A stretch of DNA of 64,000 bases from Desulfatiglandales bacterium (GTDB taxonomy: Bacteria; Desulfobacterota; DSM-4660; Desulfatiglandales; Desulfatiglandaceae): positions 864,001-928,000 of the forward strand of contig OY762721.1 in assembly GCA_963666345.1 (NCBI GenBank), read 5' to 3'. This document shows, piece by piece, positions 40,438 to 52,373 of this stretch (within the stretch, counting starts at the first letter, position 1; each line of letters begins with the position of its first letter). A model generated the notes under the pieces. It searched no databases and was not told where the DNA came from. It saw nothing but the letters and a program-made list of their open reading frames with translations. Position numbers and translations under genes: made by a program.

Positions 40438-42113
40438 TGAAAGACAGACTTATCAATATTATCAAGGAGACCTACCAAGAATGCATCAGGAAGGGACTGC
40501 TTAAAGACATCCCTTTGCCTGAATTCGTACTGGAGGTGCCCAACAATCAAAATCATGGACATTTCGCCACAAACCTTCCTCTCCTGCTGGCTGCCGGCCA
40601 GAAAAGCGCCCCCAGGCAAATCGCTGATATAATGACCTCCAACATGGGTGACGCAAAGGGTATTTTGGAAAAGACAGAGGTGGCGGGCCCCGGTTTTATA
40701 AACTTCTGGATAAAGGACGAACAATGGCACCGCCTGCTTTCCGACATTGTGACCGGAGACGAATCATTCGGGGGAAGCTTTATCGGCAACGGGAAAAGGG
40801 TTATGGTGGAGTTTGTCAGCGCGAATCCTACCGGCCCTCTTCATCTCGGCCATGGAAGAGGTGCAGCCCTCGGTGATACCCTTTCAAGGATACTCTCCTT
40901 TTGCGGATATGATGTTGACAGAGAATTTTACATAAATGATGCGGGCCTTCAGATTCGCCTGCTTGGGGAATCCGTTTTAAGCCGTTACATGCAGATTGAT
41001 GAACCTGATTTTCCGTTTCCGGAAAACGGTTATCATGGCGAATATGTTTCCGAACTGGCAGAGGATATTTCCAGGCAGTACGATCTCAAGAAAATGTCCA
41101 GGCAAGAGGCAGTTGAACTTTGCTCCTCAAAAGGCAAGGAGATTCTGCTGTCCAGGCTCAAGGATGATCTTTCCGGTTTCAGGGTCTCTTTTGATAGATG
41201 GTACAGTGAGAGCGAGCTTCACGAATCGGGATTTCTCCGCAATACCCTTGATGAAATAGAAACAAAAGGCCATCTTTACGAAAAGGATCAGGCCCTCTGG
41301 ATAGATACATCACGATTTGGAGACGACAAAGACAGGGTCATCCGCAAAAAAGACGGCTTTTTCACCTATTTTGCCTCGGATATCGCCTACCATCTCGATA
41401 AAAATGCCAGGGGCTATGAATGGGCCATAAACTTATGGGGTGCCGACCACCATGGCTACATACCCAGGATGAAGGCGGCCCTTTCGGCCTGCGGCCTTGA
41501 TCAGGATTGGCTGTCGGTTATACTCATTCAACTCGTTAAGCTCTGGAAAGGAGGGCAGGAGATCAAGATGTCCAAGAGGGCGGGGACTTACGTCACCCTC
41601 AAGGAATTGTGCGAGGAAGTCGGGGTAGATGCGGTGAGATTCGTCTTTTTGAGCAAAAACAGTGACTCGCCTCTGGATTTTGACATAGACCTGGTCAAGA
41701 GACGGGACAGCGAAAATCCGGTCTATTACGTTCAATATGCCCATGCAAGGATATGCAGCATCTTCAGGAAGGCTGAAGCAGAAGGAATCGGACTCCCCGA
41801 GGTCCCTTTCAAGGTGCTCAAACATATAAGGCTTGAAGAGGAAATGGCCCTTTTAAGAACCATGGCGGCTTTTCCCTTGCTTTTGCAGGAGATATGTCTG
41901 AAACTTGAGCCCCACCGCCTGACATATTACCTCACAGAACTTGCGGCATCCTTTCACAGGTATTTCAATCTTGGTACCAAACACCCCGAGCACAGGATAA
42001 TATCTGAGGATGTGGAAAAATCGGAGGCCAGGTTGGTGCTGGCCCAGGCGGTCAGGATCGTGATAGCGAACGGACTTAACCTGCTTGGAATCAAGTCTCC
42101 GGAGAGGATGTAA
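40437..42113 (+). CDS. argS: Arginine--tRNA ligase
   Basis: EFVSANPTGPLHLGHGR, KMSKRAG, YVQYAHARI. Confidence 0.97.
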   Translation: MKDRLINIIKETYQECIRKGLLKDIPLPEFVLEVPNNQNHGHFATNLPLLLAAGQKSAPRQIADIMTSNMGDAKGILEKTEVAGPGFINFWIKDEQWHRLLSDIVTGDESFGGSFIGNGKRVMVEFVSANPTGPLHLGHGRGAALGDTLSRILSFCGYDVDREFYINDAGLQIRLLGESVLSRYMQIDEPDFPFPENGYHGEYVSELAEDISRQYDLKKMSRQEAVELCSSKGKEILLSRLKDDLSGFRVSFDRWYSESELHESGFLRNTLDEIETKGHLYEKDQALWIDTSRFGDDKDRVIRKKDGFFTYFASDIAYHLDKNARGYEWAINLWGADHHGYIPRMKAALSACGLDQDWLSVILIQLVKLWKGGQEIKMSKRAGTYVTLKELCEEVGVDAVRFVFLSKNSDSPLDFDIDLVKRRDSENPVYYVQYAHARICSIFRKAEAEGIGLPEVPFKVLKHIRLEEEMALLRTMAAFPLLLQEICLKLEPHRLTYYLTELAASFHRYFNLGTKHPEHRIISEDVEKSEARLVLAQAVRIVIANGLNLLGIKSPERM

Positions 42114-42114
42114 G

Positions 42115-42810
42115 TTGGTCGCTAAGAAGGCTCCTCCTTCTCAGGAAACAAACAGGAGAAGGGCAAAACAAATCAGGGTGGAACTATCCTTAATTTCCAT
42201 GTTTTTCTGGGGGTTAGGTCTCTTTTTTCTTCTTGCCTGGATCTTCATACTGGGTATCCTCGTAGGCAGGGGTTTCTTTCCGAACGGGGTCAAGACACTG
42301 ACCGAGATGAAAGACCAGATCACAAAACTTCAGGATATGGTAAACAGGGAAAATCCCTCTCAATTCGATTTTATTGAAAAAATTGAAAAAGATCCTGATT
42401 TTGAATTTTACAAAGAGCTGGAAAAAGGCCGGAGTGAAGTTGAAAAGAAGGCTCCCCCTGCCCGGAAAGGGCCTTCAAAATCCGAGGGCGAAAGGCCTTT
42501 GAAAAGCGTGCCGGAGGACAAAATCGCCTCGATTGAAAAAAAGCCTGACAGATCGGAACCGGTTTCAGATAAAGGATCTGCATATGTGGTTCAAATAGCC
42601 TCCCTTGAAAATAGGACCAAGGCTGCCAAGATGACTGAAAGGCTCAAACACAGAGGTTATCCCGCCTATTTCTACAAGATCTTTTTAAAGGGAAGGCCCT
42701 TTTACAGGGTAAGATGCGGCACCTTTAAGACCAGAGAAGAGGCGGACAGGATTAAAATCAAAATGGCCGATAAGGAAGGCATGTCAGGATTTGTAACTAC
42801 TTCGGAATAA
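42115..42810 (+). CDS. SPOR domain-containing membrane protein
   Basis: One TM segment, linker, YVVQIAS...YRVRCGTF; typical argS neighbour. Confidence 0.85.
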   Translation: MVAKKAPPSQETNRRRAKQIRVELSLISMFFWGLGLFFLLAWIFILGILVGRGFFPNGVKTLTEMKDQITKLQDMVNRENPSQFDFIEKIEKDPDFEFYKELEKGRSEVEKKAPPARKGPSKSEGERPLKSVPEDKIASIEKKPDRSEPVSDKGSAYVVQIASLENRTKAAKMTERLKHRGYPAYFYKIFLKGRPFYRVRCGTFKTREEADRIKIKMADKEGMSGFVTTSE

Positions 42811-42824
42811 AGGCGGATTAATTC

Positions 42825-43286
42825 ATGAACATAAGAAAGGCAATAATAGGCGAGGTTGGGGAAATTCAACAGATCCTTAACTATTATGCTCACCAGGATC
42901 TCCTGCTCCCCAGATCTCTGAATGAGCTCTATCGTCACGTGAGGGACTACTTTATCATTTCAGATGAAGATGAAGGGGGCAAGGTATTGGGAGTCTGCGG
43001 GCTCGGAATCGTATGGGAGGATCTGGCTGAGATAAAATCCCTGGCAGTGGATAAATCTTCAAATGGCAAAGGCCTCGGCTCCATGCTTGTTAAGGAGTGC
43101 CTGGATGAGGCCCGAAAACTGGGTCTTAAAAGGGTCTTCACCCTTACATATGTACCATCTTTTTTTGAAAAGCATGGATTTAAAGAGGTTGACAAATCGA
43201 TACTGCCTCACAAGATATGGGCCGATTGTCTGAATTGTCCCAAATTTCCGGACTGTGACGAGACTGCCTTGATGATAGACCTCTGA
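42825..43286 (+). CDS. GNAT N-acetyltransferase (short ArgA-like)
   Basis: LLPRSLNELY, LAEIKSLAV, LPHKIWADCLNCPKFPDCDE. Confidence 0.85.
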   Translation: MNIRKAIIGEVGEIQQILNYYAHQDLLLPRSLNELYRHVRDYFIISDEDEGGKVLGVCGLGIVWEDLAEIKSLAVDKSSNGKGLGSMLVKECLDEARKLGLKRVFTLTYVPSFFEKHGFKEVDKSILPHKIWADCLNCPKFPDCDETALMIDL

Positions 43287-43521
43287 TTTTTCTCGTGCAG
43301 AGAGACAACTTTCAGGCCTTTTGTTTCACAACTCTTTGATATCTTGGCTAAAGACGGGGCCCCTTGAACTCTGGAATCCTGATATGTTGCACCGTGTAAG
43401 AAAAGATACAGTAATCGACCGACTAATCGGGAGAAAATCCTTATTTTTTTACTGTAAGGTGTTGATTAGATAACCCCTCACTTGAGGAATTGACCTGCCC
43501 GGTCAATACATGGAGGAAAAA

Positions 43522-43899
43522 ATGTTTGGGATAGGTATGCCGGAACTGATCATAATAATGGTCGTGGCTCTCATTGTAATAGGTCCTAAAAAACTACCTG
43601 ATCTGGCAAGGTCTCTGGGAAAAGGCATGGCTGAATTTAAAAAAGCCACCCAGGATATAAAGGAAACCCTCGATGTTGAAGAAGACCTGGCTGAGGCAAA
43701 GGATCAATTGATTGATTCCGTCAGCGGTCTGGATGAAAGGGAATCGGAGGAAAGATCAGATACCGGACAGGAAGATGAAGACAACCCAAAGGAAATCGAA
43801 CCGGACACAACTCTTTCTGAAAAACATGAGGATATTTCTACCGGACACGAACCTGAAGAAAACGCAGTGGTAGCGGAGGAAAAGAAAGAGGATGAATAG
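43522..43899 (+). CDS. tatB: Twin-arginine translocase TatA/TatB-family subunit
   Basis: [12 protein letters not shown]...[16 protein letters not shown]; upstream of tatC. Confidence 0.8.
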   Translation: MFGIGMPELIIIMVVALIVIGPKKLPDLARSLGKGMAEFKKATQDIKETLDVEEDLAEAKDQLIDSVSGLDERESEERSDTGQEDEDNPKEIEPDTTLSEKHEDISTGHEPEENAVVAEEKKEDE

Positions 43900-44635
43900 C
43901 AGCGAAAAACAGCCTTTCTGGGGGCACCTGGAGGAGTTGAGAAAGAGGCTGGTTATCTGTGCCGTTGCGGTGGGAATAGGGTTCGTATTGTCCTATATTT
44001 TTGCCGAAAACCTGTTTCAGGTCCTGGTTGCACCGCTGAAAGACGTGATGCCTGAAGGAGACAGGCTGATTTTCACAAATCTCCCCGAGATGTTTTTCAC
44101 CTACCTAAAGGTATCTTTTATCTCAGGACTTCTTGCCGTTGCACCGGTTATCTTCTACCAGCTCTGGATGTTTGTCGCCCCGGGGCTTTACCGAAACGAA
44201 AGAAGGCTCGTAATCCCCTTTGTTTTGATATCCACGATTCTGTTCGTGGGGGGATCCCTTTTTGGTTATTTTATAGTTTTTCCATTCGGCTTTAAATTTT
44301 TCATGGGTTTTTCAAACGATTTTGTACAGGCCCTTCCCTCGGTAAAGGAATATTTCGCCTTTTCAATGAAACTCCTTTTCGCCTTCGGGTTTGTTTTTGA
44401 ACTTCCAGTTGTCATCTACTTTCTTACTAAGGTGGGGCTGGTTACCACTGATATGCTCAAGAAGAACCGCAAATATGCGATTCTTCTGACCTTCATTATT
44501 GCATCCATACTGACTCCGCCGGATGTAATAACTCAGTGCATGATGGCGGGTCCACTGATTGTTCTCTATGAAATCGGCATTATTGTCTCGATGACCGCAA
44601 AGAAGAAAAAGACAGACGATGAAGAGGAAAAATAG
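43892..44635 (+). CDS. tatC: Twin-arginine translocase TatC
   Basis: [26 protein letters not shown]. Confidence 0.95.
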   Translation: MNSSEKQPFWGHLEELRKRLVICAVAVGIGFVLSYIFAENLFQVLVAPLKDVMPEGDRLIFTNLPEMFFTYLKVSFISGLLAVAPVIFYQLWMFVAPGLYRNERRLVIPFVLISTILFVGGSLFGYFIVFPFGFKFFMGFSNDFVQALPSVKEYFAFSMKLLFAFGFVFELPVVIYFLTKVGLVTTDMLKKNRKYAILLTFIIASILTPPDVITQCMMAGPLIVLYEIGIIVSMTAKKKKTDDEEEK

Positions 44636-44659
44636 ATTCAATGGGCGGGTTCAGCGCTA

Positions 44660-46609
44660 TTAATCGAGGATCTTCATCTTTTTCCCTGATATCGTCAAAA
44701 GCAGAGGCCGCTTCTTGGCCTCTCCCATACAGTCGAAAGATATACTGCCTGTAACCCCCCTGAACCCCTGCGTGGCTAAAAGGGCCTCTTTCAGATCATG
44801 GCTGTTCAGGATATCGTCTTTCGACAAGGCATGCGCCAAAAACCTTAAAGTATCGTAACCGGTTGCCGCCAGTATTCCCGGATAGGATTCAAAATTTTCC
44901 TCGTATTTATGGACGAAATCCTCTACCAGGGGATCTTTGGACCCCTCGAAAAATCCTGAAGGGAAAATGGCGCCCTGGGCGTATTCACCGGCCAGTTCCA
45001 TCAACTCCCGGGAATGCCACAGGCTGGTTCCCATGACCAGCGGTTCCGTAATATCGTGGTAAACCAGCTGGGGAACGATCATGGCTATTGTTTGATAATT
45101 ATCAGGCATGAATATGGCATCAAAATCGATTATCTTATCAGAGCCTTGAGGATAAATCTCCGCTTCCTCCTGTTGCGGGCTCCACTCATCTTTAAACCTT
45201 TCGATTACTGAAGCAGGCCTTGGATAGTAGGCGCCGGAGAGTTTTTTTATCTGTTCCGCAAAATCGGTTAATCCCGGTTCATATGATTCGGCAGCTGTGA
45301 CCTTCTTTCCCTTTTTCTCCAGTTCATCCCAAAACAGATTCATGAAAAAACGGCCATATGAATTCTCAGGGTACAGGATGGCAAATCTATCCAGATCAAG
45401 TTCATCACTCGACCTTTCAAGGAGACGGGAAACCTCATGTAACGGCGTGAGAAAATTCCTGAATATCATCTCCCCTTCCCTGGCGACATCCTCTTTCTGG
45501 GTCAGGGTAATTATCGGAACCCCCATCAGGCTGCCCCGTTTTGCAACCGCTTCGGCAGACCTGCTCGATAACGGCCCTATGACCGCCACCACCTTTTCCT
45601 TATAAACCAGTTCTTCAAGGGCTGACACGGCAGTGCCCGGATCACCTTTGGTATCCTTTATCAAGATTTCCAGATCAATCCGGTCAGAGCCTCCATCCAG
45701 CACTGCAATCTGAATCCCGTTCAACAGCTCTTCACCATAAATGGAAAATGGGCCGGAAAGCGGGACAAGACACCCTACGACGCCTTTTCTGAATGATTCG
45801 GATTCGGCTATCTTCTGGAGAAGCTGCCGCCCGAGATCGACCCAGAACTGCTGGGGAGTGGAACGGACCAGTGCCATTGCGGTCTTTTTTGCGGAATCAA
45901 GTTCTCCCCTGTCCAGAAGCATACCTGCGATTCTGTGAAGGATAACCTGTTCGTATTCACCTGATCCGGCCTGAGCATAAAATGTCTGAAGATCCCTTAA
46001 GTCCGCCTTCCTGATAAGCAGCTCTATCCGTTCACCCACCTGATTCCGCAGATCTTCATCATTGCGTAACCCCCTTTTCGCCTCCAACCACCAGACAAGC
46101 GCGCTGGGCCGTTGCCCCAGGGCCATGTAACTGTCGCCCATATATAGCAGCAGATTGATTTCAAGAGGGTTACCCGTGTAGGTGGAAAGCCATTTTCGAG
46201 CCTCATCAATAGTAGACCTGTAATCTTTCAGATCAAATAGAGCCTTGGCCTTCGAATACCTGACCTCAATTATGCCTTCATATTGAGGAAACAGCCTCTC
46301 TATCTCACCATAAGTCTGCACGGCCTTTTGCAGATCTCCCCTGTTCGAATATATATCGGCAACCCTGTGCATCGCCACTTCGACGCCTTGCGCTTCCGGA
46401 TGAGCCTCGATAAAGGAATTATAGGCGATAAGCGCCATTTCCAGATCGCCACTTCGCAGATATGAATTGGCGTCAGCCAGAGGATCTAAAGGTGCCGGTT
46501 CATGAGCGGTCTTTTTGGGCAGACCTGCCTGGCATCCTGACATAAAAAAGGCTACTCCCACCAGTAAAGCGGGAATAGCCTTTTTAAAACGAAATGATTT
46601 TATAATCAC
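44660..46609 (-). CDS. Lipoprotein, penicillin-binding protein activator (LpoA/LppC-like) with N-terminal TPRs
   Basis: Lipobox FMSGC, TPRs, periplasmic-binding fold VGCLVPLSG...AVIGPL. Confidence 0.75.
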   Translation of the reverse strand: MIIKSFRFKKAIPALLVGVAFFMSGCQAGLPKKTAHEPAPLDPLADANSYLRSGDLEMALIAYNSFIEAHPEAQGVEVAMHRVADIYSNRGDLQKAVQTYGEIERLFPQYEGIIEVRYSKAKALFDLKDYRSTIDEARKWLSTYTGNPLEINLLLYMGDSYMALGQRPSALVWWLEAKRGLRNDEDLRNQVGERIELLIRKADLRDLQTFYAQAGSGEYEQVILHRIAGMLLDRGELDSAKKTAMALVRSTPQQFWVDLGRQLLQKIAESESFRKGVVGCLVPLSGPFSIYGEELLNGIQIAVLDGGSDRIDLEILIKDTKGDPGTAVSALEELVYKEKVVAVIGPLSSRSAEAVAKRGSLMGVPIITLTQKEDVAREGEMIFRNFLTPLHEVSRLLERSSDELDLDRFAILYPENSYGRFFMNLFWDELEKKGKKVTAAESYEPGLTDFAEQIKKLSGAYYPRPASVIERFKDEWSPQQEEAEIYPQGSDKIIDFDAIFMPDNYQTIAMIVPQLVYHDITEPLVMGTSLWHSRELMELAGEYAQGAIFPSGFFEGSKDPLVEDFVHKYEENFESYPGILAATGYDTLRFLAHALSKDDILNSHDLKEALLATQGFRGVTGSISFDCMGEAKKRPLLLTISGKKMKILD

Positions 46610-48519
46610 TTGTTGACTTCCTCAAAATCGGCATCAACCACATCGTCATCCTTTGGTCCCTCAGCTGTTTCCTGGGCACCGCCTGCAGCTGCCCCGTCGG
46701 ACTGAGACTGCTGTGAGGCATGTGCATACATAGTCTCAGCCAGCTTGTGGGATGCCTGGGTTAAATCTTCCGTATATTTCTTTATTTCTTCAGAGTTATC
46801 ACCTTCCATCGCCTTTTTCAAGTTCTCTATGGCCTGTTCGATACCGGTTTTGGTTGTCTCATCAAGCTTGTCACCTATCTCTTTGACGGACTTTTCCGTT
46901 GTATAGATAAGGGAATCAGCCGTGTTTCTGGCATCCACCAGTTCACGCCTCTTTTTGTCTTCTTCCGCATGAAGCTCGGCATCTTTTACAAGGTTGTCGA
47001 TTTCCTCTTCACTCAGCCCGCTCGACGCGGTTATCTTTATGGACTGTTCTTTACCGGTACCCATATCCTTTGCGGAGACGTTGACGATTCCGTTGGCGTC
47101 GATATCAAAGGTTACCTCAATCTGAGGCAATCCTCTGGGAGCGGGAGGGATCCCTACAAGCTGAAACCTGCCAAGGGTCTTATTGTACCCCGCCATTTCC
47201 CTTTCACCCTGCAGCACGTGAATTTCCACAGCAGGCTGGTTGTCGGCTGCCGTGGAAAAGACCTGACTTTTCTTGGTAGGAATAGTCGTATTCTTTTCTA
47301 TAAGCTTGGTAAATACCCCACCCAGTGTTTCAATCCCGAGTGAAAGCGGGGTAACATCCAGAAGAAGCACATCCTTAACATCGCCCTTTAGCACCCCTCC
47401 CTGGATTGCAGCCCCTATGGCCACGACCTCATCAGGATTTACTCCCTTACTCGGTTCCTTTCCGAAGATATCCTTTACCCGTTCCTGAACCTTGGGCATC
47501 CTGGTCATACCGCCGACCAGTATTACCTCATCTATTTCACTGGCCTTAAGGCCAGCATCCTTCATTGCCATGTTGCAGGGAGCCACCACTTTTTCTATGA
47601 GCCCGTCTACAAGCGCCTCCAGCTTCGATCTGGTCAGTTTTATGTTCAGATGCTTCGGGCCGCTGGCATCGGCAGTAATAAACGGCAGATTGATATCCGT
47701 TTCCATAGACCCTGACAGCTCCATTTTTGCCTTTTCAGCGGCTTCCTTTAGCCTCTGAAGCGCCATCTTATCACTCCTCAGGTCTATGCCCTGATCCTTC
47801 TTGAATTCATTGGCAAGGTAGTCGACAACGACCAAATCAAAATCCTCACCTCCCAGGTGAGTATCACCGTTTGTGGATTTGACCTCGAAAACCCCGTCGC
47901 CTATCTCCATGATTGATATGTCGAATGTGCCGCCTCCCAGATCAAAGACGGCAATTTTTCTATCACCCTTTTTATCAAGACCATATGCAAGTGAGGCAGC
48001 GGTAGGCTCATTTATGATCCTTTCGACCTTCAGCCCTGCTATTTTACCGGCATCCTTTGTCGCCTGTCTCTGACTGTCGTTAAAATAGGCAGGAACGGTA
48101 ATAACCGCTTCCGTGATCTTTTCTCCCAGATAATCCTCAGCTGTCTGCTTCATCTTCTGAAGTATCATGGATGACACCTCAGCGGGGCTGTATTCCTTGC
48201 CCTTTATCGATACCTTTGCATCCCCGTTCTCACCCTTGGTCAGTTTGTACGGCAGGACCTCTATATCCTTTTTTATTTCAGCCGATTCGAATTTTCTTCC
48301 GATCAGTCTTTTTACTCCGAAGACCGTGTTCTCAGGATTGGTTACTGCCTGTCTCTTGGCGGTCTGTCCGACAAGTCTTTCATCGCCGTCTGTAAAAGCC
48401 ACCATGGAAGGCGTTGTCCTTGTTCCTTCCTGATTTACAATTACAACCGGATCACCGCCTTCCATTACGGCAACGCATGAATTAGTAGTTCCAAGGTCTA
48501 TTCCGATTATTTTCCCCAT
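46606..48519 (-). CDS. dnaK: Chaperone DnaK
   Basis: [30 protein letters not shown]. Confidence 0.98.
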   Translation of the reverse strand: MGKIIGIDLGTTNSCVAVMEGGDPVVIVNQEGTRTTPSMVAFTDGDERLVGQTAKRQAVTNPENTVFGVKRLIGRKFESAEIKKDIEVLPYKLTKGENGDAKVSIKGKEYSPAEVSSMILQKMKQTAEDYLGEKITEAVITVPAYFNDSQRQATKDAGKIAGLKVERIINEPTAASLAYGLDKKGDRKIAVFDLGGGTFDISIMEIGDGVFEVKSTNGDTHLGGEDFDLVVVDYLANEFKKDQGIDLRSDKMALQRLKEAAEKAKMELSGSMETDINLPFITADASGPKHLNIKLTRSKLEALVDGLIEKVVAPCNMAMKDAGLKASEIDEVILVGGMTRMPKVQERVKDIFGKEPSKGVNPDEVVAIGAAIQGGVLKGDVKDVLLLDVTPLSLGIETLGGVFTKLIEKNTTIPTKKSQVFSTAADNQPAVEIHVLQGEREMAGYNKTLGRFQLVGIPPAPRGLPQIEVTFDIDANGIVNVSAKDMGTGKEQSIKITASSGLSEEEIDNLVKDAELHAEEDKKRRELVDARNTADSLIYTTEKSVKEIGDKLDETTKTGIEQAIENLKKAMEGDNSEEIKKYTEDLTQASHKLAETMYAHASQQSQSDGAAAGGAQETAEGPKDDDVVDADFEEVNK

Positions 48520-48593
48520 ATCCTAGCCTCCTTATAGAAACAAATCTTAAAATATAAAAATTTAAAATATTCTCAGGTATATTAAAATCCCCG

Positions 48594-49208
48594 TTAATCC
48601 TGTTTTGAACGCTTACTTACGGCTACCATCGCCGGACGTAACAATCTTTCATTGAGCAGGTAACCCTTTTGAAGTTCTTTGACAACCGTCCCCGGTTCGG
48701 CCGAGTCGTCTTCCAGCTCAAACATCGCTTCATGATAATTCGGGTCAAAGGACTCACCGAGTGAGGTTATCACCTCAAGGCCCGACTTTTTCAATATATT
48801 CTTAAGGCCTTTATGGGTAAGCTCCACACCCTCAATTAAACCCTTAAGGTTGTTTTCATCTTCCCCATGCTCAACCGCCTTTTCAAGGTTGTCGATTACA
48901 GTAAGAAGTTGTTTTATGAGAGTATCATTTGAAAATTTTATCAGGTCGCCTTTTTCCTTCTGAAATCTCTTTTTTAGGTTCTCGATATCTGCCTGACCGC
49001 GCAGATAAAGACCGTAATTCTTTTTCTCCGATTCCCGCAGATCAACGATCTTTTTTATAAGCTCTTTTTTACTCATTTTTTCGAGAGGTATGTCCTTTTC
49101 TTTATCCGCCTCGACAGCTGTTTCAGAATCCTTCACTTCCTGATCGGAAACGCTTCCCGCCTCTTCCGATTTATCTTCATTTTTATTAAAGACATTTATC
49201 TGTACCAC
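48594..49208 (-). CDS. grpE: Nucleotide exchange factor GrpE
   Basis: FDPNYHEAM, KGYLLNERLLRPAMVAV. Confidence 0.95.
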   Translation of the reverse strand: MVQINVFNKNEDKSEEAGSVSDQEVKDSETAVEADKEKDIPLEKMSKKELIKKIVDLRESEKKNYGLYLRGQADIENLKKRFQKEKGDLIKFSNDTLIKQLLTVIDNLEKAVEHGEDENNLKGLIEGVELTHKGLKNILKKSGLEVITSLGESFDPNYHEAMFELEDDSAEPGTVVKELQKGYLLNERLLRPAMVAVSKRSKQD

Positions 49209-49265
49209 GACATGCCCCTTTCACAGAAATAATCATCAATCCTCTTTTACGATACTACGCAAACG

Positions 49266-49291
49266 TTAAGCATGGATAGGGCTTTGTCAAG
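49266..49291 (-). promoter_or_regulatory. Candidate heat-shock promoter of grpE-dnaK
   Basis: Minus-strand CTTGAC-N14-GCTTAA; same pattern as upstream of clpB. Confidence 0.5.
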
Positions 49292-49597
49292 GTGCTCTGA
49301 GACAGGTTTTTCTTGCATTTCGGCGGAATTCACGCATGCCTTTAGGGCAGATCCGGGACTCGCTCATATTTCATGTTTCTTCAACCGGAACTTTTACAAA
49401 AAAAGGCAGGAAAAAGCCGAAAATCTAAGGGGGGATAGGGATACTGTTTTCCCTATCAGGCAGGATGGATATGATCTTTTTCAGGTCTGCTATCAGTCTG
49501 GGCGCATGTGGCGATCTCCTCTCTCACCGGAGACTGTTCAAAGGAAGAGTCATCGATGAAGCAAATGATCGGTTTCACCCCTGCCTGTCATGCCTTA

Positions 49598-50497
49598 TTA
49601 GTCAACAAGCCCTTTACCTGTCAGGCGCTCGAGGGCCTCCAGATACTTTTCCCTTGTCTTCTCAATTATTTCCTGCGGGAGGTTTGGTGGGGGCGGTTTT
49701 TTCGGCCATTTTATATCAAGGAGATAATCCCTCAAAAACTGTTTATCAAAGCTCTTCTGCGGCCCACCCGAACTGTAGGAATCTGTGGGCCAGAACCTTG
49801 AAGAGTCAGGGGTTAAAACCTCATCTATGAGTATTATACGATCCTCAAAAAAGCCGAATTCGAATTTTGTGTCCGCAACGATAATCCCTTTTTCCGCCGC
49901 AAGGTCCCTGCCCTTTTCATAGATCTTAAGGCTAAGCCGGCTTACCTTATCAGCCACATCCCGCCCAAGAATCGAAACCGCCTTTTCAAAGGATATGTTT
50001 TCATCATGCATCCCTTTCTCAGCCTTGGTCGAGGGAGTAAATATCGGATCAGGCAGTTTTTCAGATTCCTTCAGGCCCAGGGGCAGGGAAATTCCGCATA
50101 TGCTTCCCTGAGAGACATATTCATTCCAACCGGAACCTGAAATGTAACCCCTCACGATACACTCGACCAGAAGAGGTTCCGCCTTTTTGACAAGCATGCT
50201 TCGACCTTTGAGCTGTTCGGCAAATTTTTTGCATGGTTCGGGATATTGTTCCGGATCACTGCTGACGATATGATTTTCCACAATGGATTCCATTGTTTTG
50301 AACCAGAATAAAGAGATCTGGGTCAGGATCTTACCCTTGTCCGGGATAGTATCATCCATAACCACGTCAAAGGCCGACATTCGGTCGCTGGCTACTATAA
50401 GAAGGTAGTCCTCAATCTCATATACATCCCTTACCTTTCCCTGGCGTACGAGCTTGAGTCCTTCAAGATCGCTCATTTGCATAGCACCTGCATTCAT
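49598..50497 (-). CDS. purC: SAICAR synthetase
   Basis: [35 protein letters not shown]. Confidence 0.96.
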   Translation of the reverse strand: MNAGAMQMSDLEGLKLVRQGKVRDVYEIEDYLLIVASDRMSAFDVVMDDTIPDKGKILTQISLFWFKTMESIVENHIVSSDPEQYPEPCKKFAEQLKGRSMLVKKAEPLLVECIVRGYISGSGWNEYVSQGSICGISLPLGLKESEKLPDPIFTPSTKAEKGMHDENISFEKAVSILGRDVADKVSRLSLKIYEKGRDLAAEKGIIVADTKFEFGFFEDRIILIDEVLTPDSSRFWPTDSYSSGGPQKSFDKQFLRDYLLDIKWPKKPPPPNLPQEIIEKTREKYLEALERLTGKGLVD

Positions 50498-50568
50498 CGC
50501 TAAAACTCCTTGTTTATTAAAAAGTTACATCCAGGACACTCACCCATTGAAACCGACTACCCAAATCC

Positions 50569-50675
50569 ACCGCCTGATTCAGGCGCAATCAACCATGACT
50601 TGGAATTTTGACTTCCGGGCGCCGGCAAGATGTTAGATGCAAAGCGCCAAGGAGCAAAGACTGAGGCCTATGACC
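50569..50675 (-). repeat. ~110-bp dispersed repeat upstream of purC
   Basis: Partner of 39027-39133. Confidence 0.85.
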
Positions 50676-50906
50676 TATAGGTCATAAATCTCTTATTGAT
50701 GGTGGTTCAGGGTACTACAAGATCATCTTTTACATATCTTTGGTGATATTGTAAAATATGAAAGGCGTCACGACAAGACAAAAAGAAACGGCTGAGGTGT
50801 TGAGATTGTTTCTGTGCATCATCGGCAGTAGCCGGAAGGTTTTTACTGTAAAGAGCGGAAGGCATCGCAGAGATTGAAATCTCTCATGATTAAGGGATGT
50901 CGCCAA

Positions 50907-52340
50907 TCATCTGCTCAGGCTGTGCAGGTAGTCTCTGTAATATCTCAGGACCCTGTTTCTGAAAGTGATGGTTTCCTTATATGGGGGGATGCCCTCGTAC
51001 TGAGCAACCCTCTTTGGTCCTGCGTTATAGGATGCCAGGGCAAGGCTTATGTCTCCATCCTGGATCCTCATCATCCTTGAAAAATATCTGAACCCGAAAT
51101 CGATAGCCTTTCGGGGGTCCAGACGGTCATCGGTCCCGTCCTTCAAGAGTTCCTTTTTATAACGATGAAAAAGGTTGCGTCTTGTGCCGGCGAACTCAAG
51201 GGAATCGAGCATATATTTTCTGGCCAACGTTGCATGACTTTCTTTGTTTTTATCCGTAATGCCTAATATGAGATTAACGGCCTTTTTTCTTAACCTCCTC
51301 TCCTTGGAAAAACTGGTCTGGGCCTCATTGAAATAATCGGGCATGAAGATATGCTTCATTCCAAGTCCCTTGCCGGTCATCGGCATTATCTGGGTTAGTC
51401 CGGCCGCTCCCACATAAGAAACCGCCTTTGAGTCGAAATTTGACTCTCGCCTCATCAGGGCCATAAACAGTAAAGGATCTACGGGGTAATGCCCCTTATC
51501 ATCCGAGCCTAAGATATCATTGAGAAAGTCGGCATAACGGGACTCGTTCCTTCCCAGTGCCCTTTGCCAGTCATCCTTGCCATGTAGCCCGTTTGCCTCA
51601 CCGCCCCTTTCCATATCAAAAAGTTTCAGGTCCTGTCCTGAGGCCCTTTCGGTAAATTCATTAAATATATGATTGACGAAACGCACATTGCGCGTATTCA
51701 AAGGTCCGTCGGAATCATTCATGCCCTGGCAGCGGTTGTAAAAGGATGCCAATCCGTCCCTGAGGTTATATGAACAGGCCTTCATGCTCTCCTCAATCAA
51801 GACCTCCATCAGCTTCAGGCAATTCGGCCTGTCCAGCCTGTCGTCAGAGGCCTTCTTTATCCCGGACCTGTATGATGCCAAAAGAGCCCTGGCCTTTTCG
51901 ACCGCATGATTATGGCTGAGAGCGAGTTTACCTATTTCCCCTATTTCTTCCCTTGAAAGCTGAGTCCTCCTGTCTGAAGAGATCTCTTTTATTATCCTGT
52001 CAAGGATTTCTTCCGCATCCTCGAAAATTCTGACAGCAGCCTCATAATCCTCGTATTCAGGCAGCTTCAGTCCGAAAGAGCGTGCCACATCGGGCCGAAG
52101 TCTGAGTACGCCCTCCTCACCCTTATAGGAATTATCTGAGAGGCTTTTTTTGTGCTGCTCCAGATTCCAGGCTATTATACTTTGTTTCAAGATCTCTTGA
52201 GAATCGGAAGCCGAAACGGAGAAAGGGGATAAAAATAGTATAAGGACACAGAAAAAGAAAATCTTGATGATTGAATTTACATAAATGCCCATGGAAGATG
52301 CCCTTAAAGGATCACATATATAATCTGATTTTTCCGGCAT
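50907..52340 (-). CDS. Exported lytic transglycosylase (SLT domain)
   Basis: ALMRRESNF, GAAGLTQIMP, ALASYNAG; start uncertain (possibly near 52289). Confidence 0.85.
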   Translation of the reverse strand: MPEKSDYICDPLRASSMGIYVNSIIKIFFFCVLILFLSPFSVSASDSQEILKQSIIAWNLEQHKKSLSDNSYKGEEGVLRLRPDVARSFGLKLPEYEDYEAAVRIFEDAEEILDRIIKEISSDRRTQLSREEIGEIGKLALSHNHAVEKARALLASYRSGIKKASDDRLDRPNCLKLMEVLIEESMKACSYNLRDGLASFYNRCQGMNDSDGPLNTRNVRFVNHIFNEFTERASGQDLKLFDMERGGEANGLHGKDDWQRALGRNESRYADFLNDILGSDDKGHYPVDPLLFMALMRRESNFDSKAVSYVGAAGLTQIMPMTGKGLGMKHIFMPDYFNEAQTSFSKERRLRKKAVNLILGITDKNKESHATLARKYMLDSLEFAGTRRNLFHRYKKELLKDGTDDRLDPRKAIDFGFRYFSRMMRIQDGDISLALASYNAGPKRVAQYEGIPPYKETITFRNRVLRYYRDYLHSLSR

Positions 52341-52373
52341 AAGTCCCCTGTTTTTTTATATCCTTATAAAAAT

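Noticed and set aside
43325..43385. Possible further fragment of the TIR/8-mer element (caactcttt; ccccttga-actctgga-atcctga)
   Set aside because: Similarity is too short and degenerate to separate from chance by eye.
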